DNA of 64,000 nucleotides from Terriglobia bacterium (lineage in GTDB: Bacteria > Acidobacteriota > Terriglobia > 20CM-2-55-15). Numbering within the stretch: the first letter of the stretch is position 1; every line of letters starts with the position of its first letter. Position numbers and translations under genes: made by a program. Below, piece after piece: positions 29,194 through 39,319 of this stretch. Under the pieces are notes generated by a model. That model did not search any database. It saw only the letters and a program-made list of their open reading frames with translations, and was not told the origin of the DNA. The stretch covers positions 1 to 64,000 of the forward strand of contig CBDCLE010000017.1 in NCBI GenBank assembly GCA_965218585.1, in the 5' to 3' direction.

Positions 29194-29952
29194 GTGTCCA
29201 GTCATACTCCCAATTCCGACTGGTGGAAGCTCTTCTTTGCCGACACCTGGGCTGACATAATCCCGTATTTCAAGCCCGAAGAGGTCACCTCCGAAGAGGT
29301 CAGTTTCATCACGACTGTTTTGGATCTGGAAAAAGGGAGTCACATCCTGGATGTCCCCTGCGGGAACGGCCGCCTTGGCATTCCATTGGCCATGGCCGGT
29401 TATGAAGTCACCGGCATCGATTTTCAGCAACCGCTCCTCGAACAAGCCACGCTTGACGCCGAAAAGCGCGGGGCCCACTTCAAGACGCGACAGGCGGACA
29501 TGCGCGATCTTCCATGGTGGGACGAATTCGACGGTGCACTCTGCTACTGGTCGAGCATTGGATACCTGACCGAGGAGGGAGATCGGGAATTTATCGAGGC
29601 CCTCTGGCGCTCGCTGAAGCCGGGCGCTCCCCTTCTCCTGGAAACCCTGACACTGGAAACCGTACTTCCGACATTTATCGAAAAAGACTGGTTCCGGCAC
29701 GATGAATGGCTCGTGCTGGAAGAGCGTTCCTTCGATCCGGAAACCAGCCGCCTCAACGTCGAATGGACCTTTGTCAGAGACGATGTCGGAAAAGTGAGAC
29801 AGTCGTCGGTCCGGCTCTACGCCTACCGCGAGTTGCTGGGACTCCTACGGTCCTGTGGTTTCAATGATTTCGTGGGTTTGGATGCGGCAACCGGAAATCC
29901 GTTTTCAGCCGACGCTTCCCGCCTGTGCCTCCTTTCGAGGAAACATTCGTGA
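29194..29952 (+). CDS. Class I SAM-dependent methyltransferase
   Basis: ILDVPCGNGR, GID, DMR and LKPG motifs. Confidence 0.88.
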   Translation: MSSHTPNSDWWKLFFADTWADIIPYFKPEEVTSEEVSFITTVLDLEKGSHILDVPCGNGRLGIPLAMAGYEVTGIDFQQPLLEQATLDAEKRGAHFKTRQADMRDLPWWDEFDGALCYWSSIGYLTEEGDREFIEALWRSLKPGAPLLLETLTLETVLPTFIEKDWFRHDEWLVLEERSFDPETSRLNVEWTFVRDDVGKVRQSSVRLYAYRELLGLLRSCGFNDFVGLDAATGNPFSADASRLCLLSRKHS

Positions 29953-30509
29953 AAAAGCGTTGTGAATGGGCGGGGGAAGATCCGCTGATGATCGCCTATC
30001 ACGACAAGGAATGGGGCGTGCCCCTCCACGACGACCGGGACCTCTTCGAATTCCTCAACCTGGAAGGGGCCCAAGCCGGCTTAAGCTGGTCGACCATTCT
30101 TAAGAAGCGCGAACACTACAGGAAGGCCTTCGACGCCAGGAAAATGGCCCGATATACGGAAGCGAGAGCCGAGAGGCTTCTCAAGAATCCGGGAATCGTG
30201 CGGAACCGGCTCAAGGTGGCAGCCGCCAGCGGGAATGCAAGAGCTTTCCTGGAAATTCAGACCGAGTTCGGTTCCTTTGACGCCTATATCTGGCAGTTCA
30301 CCAAAGGTAAGACCGTGCAGAACAGACGGAAGAACCTGTCGGCAATTCCAGCAACGACTTCCGCCTCCGATTCAATGTCCAGGGATCTCAAAAAGAGAGG
30401 ATTTAAGTTTGTGGAATCCACGATCTGCTACGCCTTCATGCAGGCAGTCGGAATGGTGAACGACCACTCAATCGACTGTTTCCGCCACAACCAGATTTCG
30501 GGTCTCTAG
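29949..30509 (+). CDS. tag: DNA-3-methyladenine glycosylase I
   Basis: YHDKEWG, LEGAQAGLSW, IVRNRLK, FMQAVGMVNDH..C; GTG start overlaps the upstream stop. Confidence 0.92.
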   Translation: MKKRCEWAGEDPLMIAYHDKEWGVPLHDDRDLFEFLNLEGAQAGLSWSTILKKREHYRKAFDARKMARYTEARAERLLKNPGIVRNRLKVAAASGNARAFLEIQTEFGSFDAYIWQFTKGKTVQNRRKNLSAIPATTSASDSMSRDLKKRGFKFVESTICYAFMQAVGMVNDHSIDCFRHNQISGL

Positions 30510-30528
30510 CTATCCCGTGGTCCGGAAT

Positions 30529-30616
30529 AAACACAGAGGCGCAAAGCTCGCAGAGGACGCAGATAGAAAGAGTCTGAGAACAGGATTCCCGTTCCGCGTC
30601 TCTGCGTCTCTGCGTT
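30529..30616. repeat. Inverted octamer repeat arms (CGCAGAGA-type) between convergent genes
   Basis: acacagaggcgcaaagctcgcagaggacgcaga ... ccgcgtctctgcgtctctgcgtt. Confidence 0.55.
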
Positions 30617-30642
30617 AAATCTTCTTCCGACCAACGTCCAGA

Positions 30643-32028
30643 TCACTGGATCAGTTGTGTTTCTGGGAACTGAGCGTACCAGCCAAACCAGAATGCGCGG
30701 TTTGCGGGAAAGCGGGGTAGCTCGAGGCCTGAACCGTCTCGAGCGATAAGGGCATCTTCTTCTAGTGTCCAGGTTCGTCCCGCGAGGTCGACGATACTGT
30801 CTGCCTGAGCCTGCTGGTCGAAGCGGACATCTCCTGTGTCATAGACTCGGTTCGCGCCGCCCGGCGAGGTGATCGCTACGAACGAACGCCCCGCTGCTTC
30901 AAAGGGATAGATCGGACTGCTCTCGAGGAAATCCATGGCGATAGCTATAGGGACTCGACCTTCTCCTCCGGAATCGACCCGCATCACGAGGACTTCGTCT
31001 TTGTTCAGGAGCCTTGTGTCCACGCTCGGTACTTGGAACATGAGCTGGTCGGTCGCGAAATAGTTTCGATAGGCTGCACCTTCCGAATAGTCGCGTTCGA
31101 ACCCTGTCTCGAGCGACAGAACCTGTGTGTCGGGATGCTCTCGTCTCCATTCTCCCCAGGTCGTCGTGACGGACGAACGCAATCGAAGTGTGAGGCCACT
31201 GCCGGCAAGCCTGCCTATCACAGGTCTGCCCTCGAGAGTGGACCAGAGGCTCATCGTAGTTTCGTCGAAGAAGAGTTTGTTCGAGCGATACAAGAGACCG
31301 CTGGTTCCGAATTTCCGTAGCTCACCGCCAATTTCGCTCTCGTACGGGAGAACCGTTCCGCACAAGGTGCAGTAAATGACCGTCATCTGGACGCCGCCGA
31401 TTTCATCGAGAGCCATCTCATGCCAGGCAAGAATCCGTTTGGGATAAGCCCGAGCATCCCCGTTGACGACAACGCCGAATACGATATGGTCGTCCTCGAG
31501 GTAGCCAGCTTCCGACGCCGGAATGTGGACTGGATGGTCCAGCGGAGGAATACCGTTAACAGAGACGCCACCCCAATCCACTTCGTCCAAACGGATGTCT
31601 GCTCGAGTCCCCGGGGGGAAAAACTCTCCCATCCGCGGATCGATCTGCCAGTAGAGAAGACCCTTGAACAGACCATAGTCGGGATGCAGCTGGTCGGGAA
31701 GCATCCACATCCAGAGCTGCCACGCGACCAGGTCCTGTCCGAACTCTTCGCCCGTCTGCTGTTCCAAAAAACCGATCAGTCGCTGCCGAATGGCAGAATC
31801 AGGCGAGATCAGCCGTGCCAGGTCGATGAAAAACGGAGTGTAGCCATCACTCCAGCCGGCAGCGATTTCAGCCAGCGCCGGGTCCGCTATGGCGGGATCC
31901 GAGCTGGCCGCTTCAAAGAAACGACGAACATCCGGGGCTTCGGTCTGGGCTGCACTGGTGCCACACGCCGCGATTAAGGTCGTGAGCACGAGCAAAGGTA
32001 TGAATCGTGTTCTCATTCTCTTCCCCAT
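30643..32028 (-). CDS. DUF3179-domain lipoprotein (Cys form, CTLC)
   Basis: Lipobox IAAC; GIPPLD.P, ARAYP..L.WHE, YCTLCG, FGTSGLLY.SN and AFWFGW motifs. Confidence 0.82.
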   Translation of the reverse strand: MGKRMRTRFIPLLVLTTLIAACGTSAAQTEAPDVRRFFEAASSDPAIADPALAEIAAGWSDGYTPFFIDLARLISPDSAIRQRLIGFLEQQTGEEFGQDLVAWQLWMWMLPDQLHPDYGLFKGLLYWQIDPRMGEFFPPGTRADIRLDEVDWGGVSVNGIPPLDHPVHIPASEAGYLEDDHIVFGVVVNGDARAYPKRILAWHEMALDEIGGVQMTVIYCTLCGTVLPYESEIGGELRKFGTSGLLYRSNKLFFDETTMSLWSTLEGRPVIGRLAGSGLTLRLRSSVTTTWGEWRREHPDTQVLSLETGFERDYSEGAAYRNYFATDQLMFQVPSVDTRLLNKDEVLVMRVDSGGEGRVPIAIAMDFLESSPIYPFEAAGRSFVAITSPGGANRVYDTGDVRFDQQAQADSIVDLAGRTWTLEEDALIARDGSGLELPRFPANRAFWFGWYAQFPETQLIQ

Positions 32029-32246
32029 TCAACATCAGGAGGAGGTCGGACGTCTGTATTCTACAACCCGCTCGGCGAGACACCTATTTCCTTCGGTTCA
32101 CCGTGGAATGGGAACAAAACCGCCTCTTTCGGCAGCCGAGGTTGACTTGATCGCGCCATCCGGTTCAAAATTGGCGGTTCTTATTGCTGATTTCGACTCC
32201 AAACAGACTCGTGGCGTAATAAAAAGCGTAATCTGTCGAAGTACCA

Positions 32247-33575
32247 ATGCCCCCAGAACCCGCCCACAGCAAGTTCAGCAAGTTGCGCGAATCCCTGACC
32301 TTACGTCTTCGGGAGGCCCGCGCCTCGACGGACGCACTCTTTTCGATGCTGGACCCGGAGGCAATCTATGAAAGGCCGATCGCGGAACGGCACCGGATCA
32401 TTTTTTATCTTGGACACTTCGAAGCATTTGACTGGAACCTTCTGGCGCGTACCACACTGGGCCTGGACTCGTTTAACGAGTATTTTGATGACCTCTTCGC
32501 GTTTGGAATCGATCCAATTGATGGAAGACTGCCCAGCGACACGCCTTCGGACTGGCCAGCTGTCTCCGAGATCCATGCATATAACCTGCGCATCCGAGGG
32601 ACGGTCGACGATTTCCTCGGAAAAGCTGACTTTGAAGCTTCCGAAGACCTCAAGAACGGATTGGTTTTTGAAGTCGCGGTCGAACATCGTTTGATGCACG
32701 CCGAAACCCTCACGTACATGCTCCATTGGCTTTCTCTTGACAGTAAACACGCCCCATCCTCCGAACACGACATCTTTGGTCTTCAACAAAAGAAGCACCA
32801 GGTTGAAATTCCAGAAGGACTCGCCACCCTGGGACGAGAGAAGAATGGCGTTTTCGGCTGGGACAACGAGTTCGGCGAAGTAGGGATCGAGGTTCCACGG
32901 TTCCGGATCGACGTTCGGAACGTTACAAACGGACAGTTCCTGGAATTCATTCGCAGCGGCGGATACGATGACCGGGGCCTGTGGAGCAAAGATGACTGGG
33001 ACTGGAAATCGAAATCCGGTGTGACCCACCCGAGTTTCTGGGAACGTCGTGGAGAAGTGTGGATGCAAAGGAACATGTTCGACGTACGTCCGATGCCGTT
33101 ATCGTGGCCGGTTTATGTCAGTCACGCCGAAGCTGCTGCCTATGCTAATTGGGCGGGAGGATCGTTACCGACAGAGGCCCAACTGCATCGGGCTGCATAC
33201 GGAACACCGGACGGCGAGGAACGGGACTATGCGTGGGGCTCGAAAGCCCCCGGCTCCGAACACGGAAACTTCGACTCTCGCAGATGGAATTCCACTCCTG
33301 TCGGCTCGTTCCCCTCGGGCAACAGCGCTTTCGGCGTCTCTGATCTCATCGGCAACGGATGGGAGTGGACTTCGACTGTCTTCGAACCGTTTGAGGGATT
33401 CCAACGATTTCACTTCTACCCCGAGTACTCATCGAACTTTTTTGACGGCAAGCATTATGTGATGAAGGGGGGATCGGCGAGAACCTCCGCGTGCATGCTC
33501 AGGCGGTCGTTTCGGAACTGGTTCCAGCCGCACTACCCTCACATATACTCCTCTTTCCGCTGCGTGGAAGCATGA
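32247..33575 (+). CDS. egtB: EgtB/OvoA-family non-heme iron sulfoxide synthase (DinB + FGE-sulfatase domains)
   Basis: FYLGH and HRLMHAE His ligands, FGWDNE, LPTEA, GNGWEWT, RRSFRNW; overlaps egtD. Confidence 0.8.
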   Translation: MPPEPAHSKFSKLRESLTLRLREARASTDALFSMLDPEAIYERPIAERHRIIFYLGHFEAFDWNLLARTTLGLDSFNEYFDDLFAFGIDPIDGRLPSDTPSDWPAVSEIHAYNLRIRGTVDDFLGKADFEASEDLKNGLVFEVAVEHRLMHAETLTYMLHWLSLDSKHAPSSEHDIFGLQQKKHQVEIPEGLATLGREKNGVFGWDNEFGEVGIEVPRFRIDVRNVTNGQFLEFIRSGGYDDRGLWSKDDWDWKSKSGVTHPSFWERRGEVWMQRNMFDVRPMPLSWPVYVSHAEAAAYANWAGGSLPTEAQLHRAAYGTPDGEERDYAWGSKAPGSEHGNFDSRRWNSTPVGSFPSGNSAFGVSDLIGNGWEWTSTVFEPFEGFQRFHFYPEYSSNFFDGKHYVMKGGSARTSACMLRRSFRNWFQPHYPHIYSSFRCVEA

Positions 33576-34552
33576 GGCAGACCATACCGGCAGACCAGGG
33601 ACCCGACTCGGAGACAGGCCAGTTCATCGCTGCCGTTCGCAGTGGGCTCAAGGATCAAACACAAAAGACACTCGACGTCAGATATCTTTACGACGCCGTA
33701 GGCTCGGCGCTGTTCGAAGTCATCACACTGCTTCCCGAATACGGAGTCACGCGTGCGGACGAGCGCCTGATCGATCGCCATGCCGCTGAACTTGCAAACC
33801 ATCTGGGGCCCGACGTCGTCATAGCCGAACTCGGGAGTGGCACGGGTGCCAAGACACAGCGCATCATTTCGGCACTCAGAGGCACGAAACCTCTCATCTA
33901 CAGACCCATCGACGTGTCCGCCTCGGCGCTGGAGCGTTGCCAGCGGGAACTTCGGACTTTTGATCACGTCGAATTGGAACCCCTGCAGCTTTCGTTCTTC
34001 GAAGGTCTGGAGGCGGCGATGGCGCGAACGCCCGAGGACAAACGCCTTCTTCTTCTATTCCTGGGTGGGACGATCGGAAATTTCGACAGGCCTGCAGTTC
34101 CGGAATTTCTGAAGGACATCCGTGGAATCCTTCGACCCGGTGATGCCTTCCTGCTTGGAACTGATCTAGAAAAGGCGACGTCCCGTCTCCTCGCGGCCTA
34201 CGATGATGCTCTCGGCGTGACGGCGGCATTCAACCTGAACGTTCTGGCAAGAATCAACCGGGAACTTGGCGGCAACTTCGATGTCTCCCAATTCGAACAC
34301 GTGGCTCGTTACGATGAGGACGAACGCCGTATCGAAATGCACCTTCGAGCCCTCCGAGACCAGCAGGTCGGGATCACGGCTGCAGATATCGAGATCAGCT
34401 TCGAGGAAGGAGAAACGATCTGGACTGAGAGCAGCCACAAGTTCAACGCTGCAGAGATCGCAGAGTTAAGTGAGATGAGCGGGTTTCGGTGTGCCGCTCA
34501 GTGGGTAGACGAAGAATGGCCCTTCGCAGAAAACCTATTGGTCGCCGAATAA
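33572..34552 (+). CDS. egtD: L-histidine N-alpha-trimethyltransferase
   Basis: YLYD..GS.LFE.IT.LPEY, ELGSG, AYDD..GVTAAFNLN, RIEMHL and TESSHKF motifs. Confidence 0.92.
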   Translation: MRQTIPADQGPDSETGQFIAAVRSGLKDQTQKTLDVRYLYDAVGSALFEVITLLPEYGVTRADERLIDRHAAELANHLGPDVVIAELGSGTGAKTQRIISALRGTKPLIYRPIDVSASALERCQRELRTFDHVELEPLQLSFFEGLEAAMARTPEDKRLLLLFLGGTIGNFDRPAVPEFLKDIRGILRPGDAFLLGTDLEKATSRLLAAYDDALGVTAAFNLNVLARINRELGGNFDVSQFEHVARYDEDERRIEMHLRALRDQQVGITAADIEISFEEGETIWTESSHKFNAAEIAELSEMSGFRCAAQWVDEEWPFAENLLVAE

Positions 34553-34562
34553 ACAGGTCCCT

Positions 34563-35165
34563 TCAATAGGCCGTCTCGTACATCCGGCGCCGCAGGTCCA
34601 TCTGCCGCGATTCCAACTCTCGGATCTGACGCCGGTACCGTCCACGCCCGATGTAATCGTAGACACCCATCAAAGCCATCATCGCCCCGATCAGGGCAAA
34701 AAAACGGACGAAGGAGACGTAGAAGAACGTAATCGAAGACGGGGCTAATGTCCTCGACATCAGGATCACTGCAATTATCGAGAGTACGCTGACGACACTC
34801 CCGATCATGATCTTAATTCTGCAGTTGGAATATTTCCCGCTCAGATTCATGATCTCGACTGAAATGCGCGCATGTTCGCGCTGCAGCGCGTATTCCTGAC
34901 GCGGCGTGCGCCGGGGCCGAGAATGCACACCCCGCCTGTACTTGTCGATGAGCTTGTCGTATTCGGCACGTGTCTTTGAATCCAGCAGCGTCTCGACGAT
35001 GAAGTTCAACCGACTCATCTGCTCATGAGCCCAGTCCTTCTTGTCGGGAGGATTCATGTCCGGGTGATAGACCTTGGCCACGTCCTTGAACGCACGTTTG
35101 ATCTCCGGCGCACCTGCGTTCGGGCCCACGCCCAACTCGTCGTAGAAAGTACGTATCTCGGCCAT
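34563..35165 (-). CDS. J-domain membrane protein
   Basis: N-terminal J domain with HPD; two C-terminal TM helices. Confidence 0.8.
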   Translation of the reverse strand: MAEIRTFYDELGVGPNAGAPEIKRAFKDVAKVYHPDMNPPDKKDWAHEQMSRLNFIVETLLDSKTRAEYDKLIDKYRRGVHSRPRRTPRQEYALQREHARISVEIMNLSGKYSNCRIKIMIGSVVSVLSIIAVILMSRTLAPSSITFFYVSFVRFFALIGAMMALMGVYDYIGRGRYRRQIRELESRQMDLRRRMYETAY

Positions 35166-35353
35166 GGATATGCCTGATTATAAAACCGCAATCCCCCGAA
35201 ATCCAGCGGCCGGATCTCTATTCCCCAGGAGTGGTGGAGGCGCCGCTTAGGCTAGGAACCGAAGCATGGGCACCGCAGGCGTACGCCGTTAATACGTTGA
35301 GGATGAACATGCGCAGCGTGACAACGCCTACGCGGATGCATACACTACTCTAG

Positions 35354-36436
35354 CTACTTAAGGCGGGGGTCCGCTGCGTCTCTTAACCCCTCACCCACGA
35401 GGTTGTATGAAGTCACCGTGATGAATATTGCCAGACCTGGAAACAGCGTCAGCCACCAGCCACTGGGAAGGAAGGCGCGCGAGGTGGCAAGAATGGCCCC
35501 CCAGCTCGCTGTAGACGGAGGCACACCGAAGCCCAGAAAACTCAGCGTCGATTCGATTAGAATCGCCGAAGCCACGCCGAAGGTCGCGGCCACGAAGATA
35601 GGTGCAAGAGTGTTGGGCAGCACGTGGCGAAACATCGTCCTGAAATCGCTGGCGCCGAGGGCCTGAGCAGCCAGAACATAGTCGAGAGACTTTATCTTTA
35701 AGAACTCACCGCGGGTCAGACGGGCGACCGTCGGCCAGCTGGTCAAACCAATAACCACCATGATGTTGAAGATGCTCTGCGGCAGGAACGCGACAACCGT
35801 AATGATCAGGAAGAAGGTCGGAATCGTGAGCATCATTTCGATCAGACGCGATGCGATGATATCGGTAACTCCTCCGTAATATCCCGCAAGGGCACCTATG
35901 AACACTCCGATCAGGACGTAGATTGACACGGCAACAAAACCGACTGAGAGAGAAACGCGCGACCCGTGAACCATCCGGCTGGCTATATCACGGCCGATGT
36001 CGTCGGTGCCTAGCCAGTGAGTACCCGATGGCGGCAGGATCACCGAAAACAGGTCGGTCTCGGTTGGAGAGTATCGAATCGGTGGAAACAACGCCCAATC
36101 GTCATCTCCGAAATTCCTTTCGGAAAACTCCTTGTAGCGAACGTTCAGGAACTCCGGTTCCCATCGGGTCAAACCCAGCCAGACCCCGTAGCTGTTCATC
36201 ACCGGAAAGTAAGTATTCCCTTCGTAGTTCATTACCAACGGCATGTCGTTCGCTATAAAATCAGCGCCCAACGCAATCGCAAAGAGGAATAAGACCAGAA
36301 CAAGGCCGACGACAGCGACATGGTTACGTCTGAACTGTCGGCCTACTATCGACCAGTAATCCTGACGTCGATTGGAAGTGGCACCTACATCTTCCGGTTC
36401 ATTCCCGAGCTCTGTGTTATGCGGATTGCTGTTCAT
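35354..36436 (-). CDS. Peptide ABC transporter permease (OppC/DppC)
   Basis: HWLGTDDIGRD, EAA-like loop YVLAAQALGA, GEGLRDAADPR. Confidence 0.92.
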   Translation of the reverse strand: MNSNPHNTELGNEPEDVGATSNRRQDYWSIVGRQFRRNHVAVVGLVLVLFLFAIALGADFIANDMPLVMNYEGNTYFPVMNSYGVWLGLTRWEPEFLNVRYKEFSERNFGDDDWALFPPIRYSPTETDLFSVILPPSGTHWLGTDDIGRDIASRMVHGSRVSLSVGFVAVSIYVLIGVFIGALAGYYGGVTDIIASRLIEMMLTIPTFFLIITVVAFLPQSIFNIMVVIGLTSWPTVARLTRGEFLKIKSLDYVLAAQALGASDFRTMFRHVLPNTLAPIFVAATFGVASAILIESTLSFLGFGVPPSTASWGAILATSRAFLPSGWWLTLFPGLAIFITVTSYNLVGEGLRDAADPRLK

Positions 36437-37424
36437 ACCTGATTCTGGGATCGACAATCGTATAGAGAATGTCCGCAATCAAAATTCCCAACAGAGTCAG
36501 AAACGCACTGATCGTAAAGACAGCCATGATGACGGGATAGTCGCGCAACAGGACCGCTTCCCATCCCAGCTGACCCATTCCAGGAACCGAGAAGATTGTC
36601 TCGATCACGATGCTGCCGCCGATGAGCGTGGGCAATAGATTCGCCATGAGTGTCACAATGGGTATCAACGAATTCCTGAGGGCATGACGATAAATAACGA
36701 GTCGTTCGCTCAGACCCTTCGCCCGCGCCGTTCGAATAAAGTCCTGACGGACGACCTCCAGCATGCTGGAACGCATGTAACGAGACAAAGCCGCTAGCGT
36801 GTAATAAGTCATGCACGTAACGGGCAGGACGAGGTGCCACAAACGATCGGCAAACCGCTCCCAGAACGTCCAGTTGTCCGACCCGATGGTCTCAAGCCCG
36901 AAAACGGGAAACACATCGAGGAAATCGCCGCCCCCCAGATAGACGATCGCCAGCGTTGCGATCCAAAAATTCGGCAGTGAGTACAACATGAAAAGAAACA
37001 CAGTTAACACTTTATCGGTCCGACTATATTGATGCGTAGCAGAATAGACACCGAGCGGAATGGATATCAGGTACGCAAGGATCAGTGAGATACCACCCAA
37101 CTGAATAGACACCGGCACCCGTTCCTTCAGCTTGTCCAGAACCGGTCTCTGATCGCGAATGGAATTGCCGAAATCGAACGTGACAATCCGTCCCAGCCAG
37201 CTAAGATATTGCTCGTGGAGCGGTCGGTCTAAGCCGTAAAGAGCCCGCGTTTCCCGGATGATCTGCTCTGCCAGAGCCTGATCGCGTACACCTTGTGTAG
37301 CATTGCCGAGTCGCATCGTTGCGGGATCTCCGGGAGCCAACTGTATTATCAGGAAGGAAATCACGGAGATCCCGATCAAAGTGGGTATCAGTAGCAGGAC
37401 TCGCTTGATAAGGTATCCGCGCAT
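36417..37424 (-). CDS. Peptide ABC transporter permease (OppB/DppB)
   Basis: APGDP, RTARAKGL, ETIFSVPGMG and DPRI motifs. Confidence 0.92.
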   Translation of the reverse strand: MRGYLIKRVLLLIPTLIGISVISFLIIQLAPGDPATMRLGNATQGVRDQALAEQIIRETRALYGLDRPLHEQYLSWLGRIVTFDFGNSIRDQRPVLDKLKERVPVSIQLGGISLILAYLISIPLGVYSATHQYSRTDKVLTVFLFMLYSLPNFWIATLAIVYLGGGDFLDVFPVFGLETIGSDNWTFWERFADRLWHLVLPVTCMTYYTLAALSRYMRSSMLEVVRQDFIRTARAKGLSERLVIYRHALRNSLIPIVTLMANLLPTLIGGSIVIETIFSVPGMGQLGWEAVLLRDYPVIMAVFTISAFLTLLGILIADILYTIVDPRIRYEQQSA

Positions 37425-37476
37425 GATGGGAGGGCGTTCCGCGGGTGTAAAATCCGTCGTGGGCCCTATCGGCTGT

Positions 37477-39231
37477 CTATTGCGGGCCCATCCCGTAACG
37501 CTGGGCGAGAGTTGGTACGAACCATGTCGTCAGATCGTAACCCGGCCTTACCGGGAGAAATTCCGCGTTCTGAAAGCGGCGATGATAGGCCCCTGATTCG
37601 TGAGGATACATCACGAAAGTGTAGGGCTGTTCCTCGTGAAGGATCTCCTGGAACTGCCAATACATGTCCTTGCGCGTCTCCGGATCGAACTCCAGACGGG
37701 CTTCATCGATGAGGCGATCGGCTTCCGGATTACTGAAACTGACGAAGTTCGAACCGCGATTTTCGGCCGAACTCGAATGCCATATCTGTCTGGGATCCTG
37801 TTGCAGATCCGCGACCCAGTTAAAACTAAGCGCATCGAACTGCTTGTCGGTCGCACTCTCGGTCACGATCGTGAACTCAACGCGGCGTTCTGTCATCTCG
37901 ATGCCGACCTTGTCGAGTTCGTCTCTCAGTATGGGAAGCAGCTGTTCAATGTATTGACTGCCGGTGTATCCCAGAAATTCAAAACTGAACTTTACACCGT
38001 CCTTGTCACGAATCCCGTCTCCGTCATGATCCGTCCAGCCGGCCTCATCTAGTAGTTCGACCGCGCGTTCAGGGTCGTAGGGATAGGGCTCGATGCTCGA
38101 ATTGAAATCGGGCGAACTGGGACTGAAAGGACCTATCGCGATGTCGGCCAAACCAAACCGCAAGTTATCGATGATCTGTTGGCGCGGCACCAACATCGTC
38201 ATTGCCTGACGGACACGTTTGTCGGCAAAAAAGGGTCGCATGGGATTCCAGGCGATAAAATTCATCTGTGGAATTGTGTAACTGCCTTTAGCGAATTGAG
38301 CGTCAAAGTCCGCGCCACTGGTCTGTTGTTCCCACTGCAACGGGGTCATGCGAGGGTAAAAATCCGTATCGCCGCTCTTGAGCGAGGTCAGCGCGGCCGT
38401 ATTGTCCGTAATGAAACGGAAAATCACACGATCCAACTGCGCAGGCTCGCCCCAGTAATCGTCGTTTCGAAGAAGTGTGATCTGAGACCCGCTCTCCCAG
38501 CTCTCGAAACGGTAGGGTCCCGTACCGAGGGGTTGACGGTTCGCCGGATGACGGTTAAAGGCCTCACCGAACTCACGCAACGTATCGTCGTCTCTGGCAC
38601 TCTCGCCAAGTATGTCCGAGAACGAGTAGGAATCTAGGATGCCTTCGGGATCGTAAACGTGCTTCGGAAGAATGGGCACGCCGGCAATGACAGAATCGTT
38701 CATCCAGAAAGGTTGACTGACGACGAACTTGACCTCGCGACCGTCAACCTCCACGTCCGAAAGATCACCAAAATAACCACGCAGGGGAGCCGAATCCACG
38801 AAAGGCACCATCATCGCCTTTGCCGAAAAGACGACGTCGGCGGCGGTGAACGGCATCCCATCGTGCCAACGCACTCCCTCTCTCAAGGTAAACGTATAAG
38901 TCAGATTGTCATCGGAAATCTCCGGATAAGACTCCGCCAGAAGGGGCCTCTCAACCCGAAAGGTCTCGGGATCGTAGCCAAGCAACCCCTCACCTACGAA
39001 CGAACCCAGCGAGCCGTAGTATATGGTTGTGGAGGTCTGGCTCGACGATGTGATCCTATTCATCGTATCAGCTTCACTCTGGAGCGACAGGATCATCCAG
39101 TCACCTTGAATCGGGTCCTGGTCGCCCGCACCTGCTATACCCTCAACGGCTCGATCGCCTCCCCCGCAACCGGCCAAACCGAGCGGCAGAAGAACCGTGA
39201 GCATGACTAAGTTTCTGAAGCGACACCCCAT
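37477..39231 (-). CDS. Peptide ABC transporter substrate-binding lipoprotein (family 5)
   Basis: Lipobox LAGC; WHDG.PFTAADV.FS, GTGPY and RVRQAM motifs. Confidence 0.9.
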   Translation of the reverse strand: MGCRFRNLVMLTVLLPLGLAGCGGGDRAVEGIAGAGDQDPIQGDWMILSLQSEADTMNRITSSSQTSTTIYYGSLGSFVGEGLLGYDPETFRVERPLLAESYPEISDDNLTYTFTLREGVRWHDGMPFTAADVVFSAKAMMVPFVDSAPLRGYFGDLSDVEVDGREVKFVVSQPFWMNDSVIAGVPILPKHVYDPEGILDSYSFSDILGESARDDDTLREFGEAFNRHPANRQPLGTGPYRFESWESGSQITLLRNDDYWGEPAQLDRVIFRFITDNTAALTSLKSGDTDFYPRMTPLQWEQQTSGADFDAQFAKGSYTIPQMNFIAWNPMRPFFADKRVRQAMTMLVPRQQIIDNLRFGLADIAIGPFSPSSPDFNSSIEPYPYDPERAVELLDEAGWTDHDGDGIRDKDGVKFSFEFLGYTGSQYIEQLLPILRDELDKVGIEMTERRVEFTIVTESATDKQFDALSFNWVADLQQDPRQIWHSSSAENRGSNFVSFSNPEADRLIDEARLEFDPETRKDMYWQFQEILHEEQPYTFVMYPHESGAYHRRFQNAEFLPVRPGYDLTTWFVPTLAQRYGMGPQ

Positions 39232-39319
39232 ATCGTCCCCCTCTGTCCTTACTGGTCGAAACCTATCGAAGCAACTGCCAAATTATGCCACGAAGCCTGA
39301 CCATTAGGCCCAGAATAGC

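Noticed and set aside
29096-30509. Genomic island integrated at tRNA-Phe
   Set aside because: No integrase and no duplicated tRNA 3' end seen in the window
32247-34552. Selenoneine (senABC) cluster
   Set aside because: No SenB glycosyltransferase or selenophosphate synthetase adjacent
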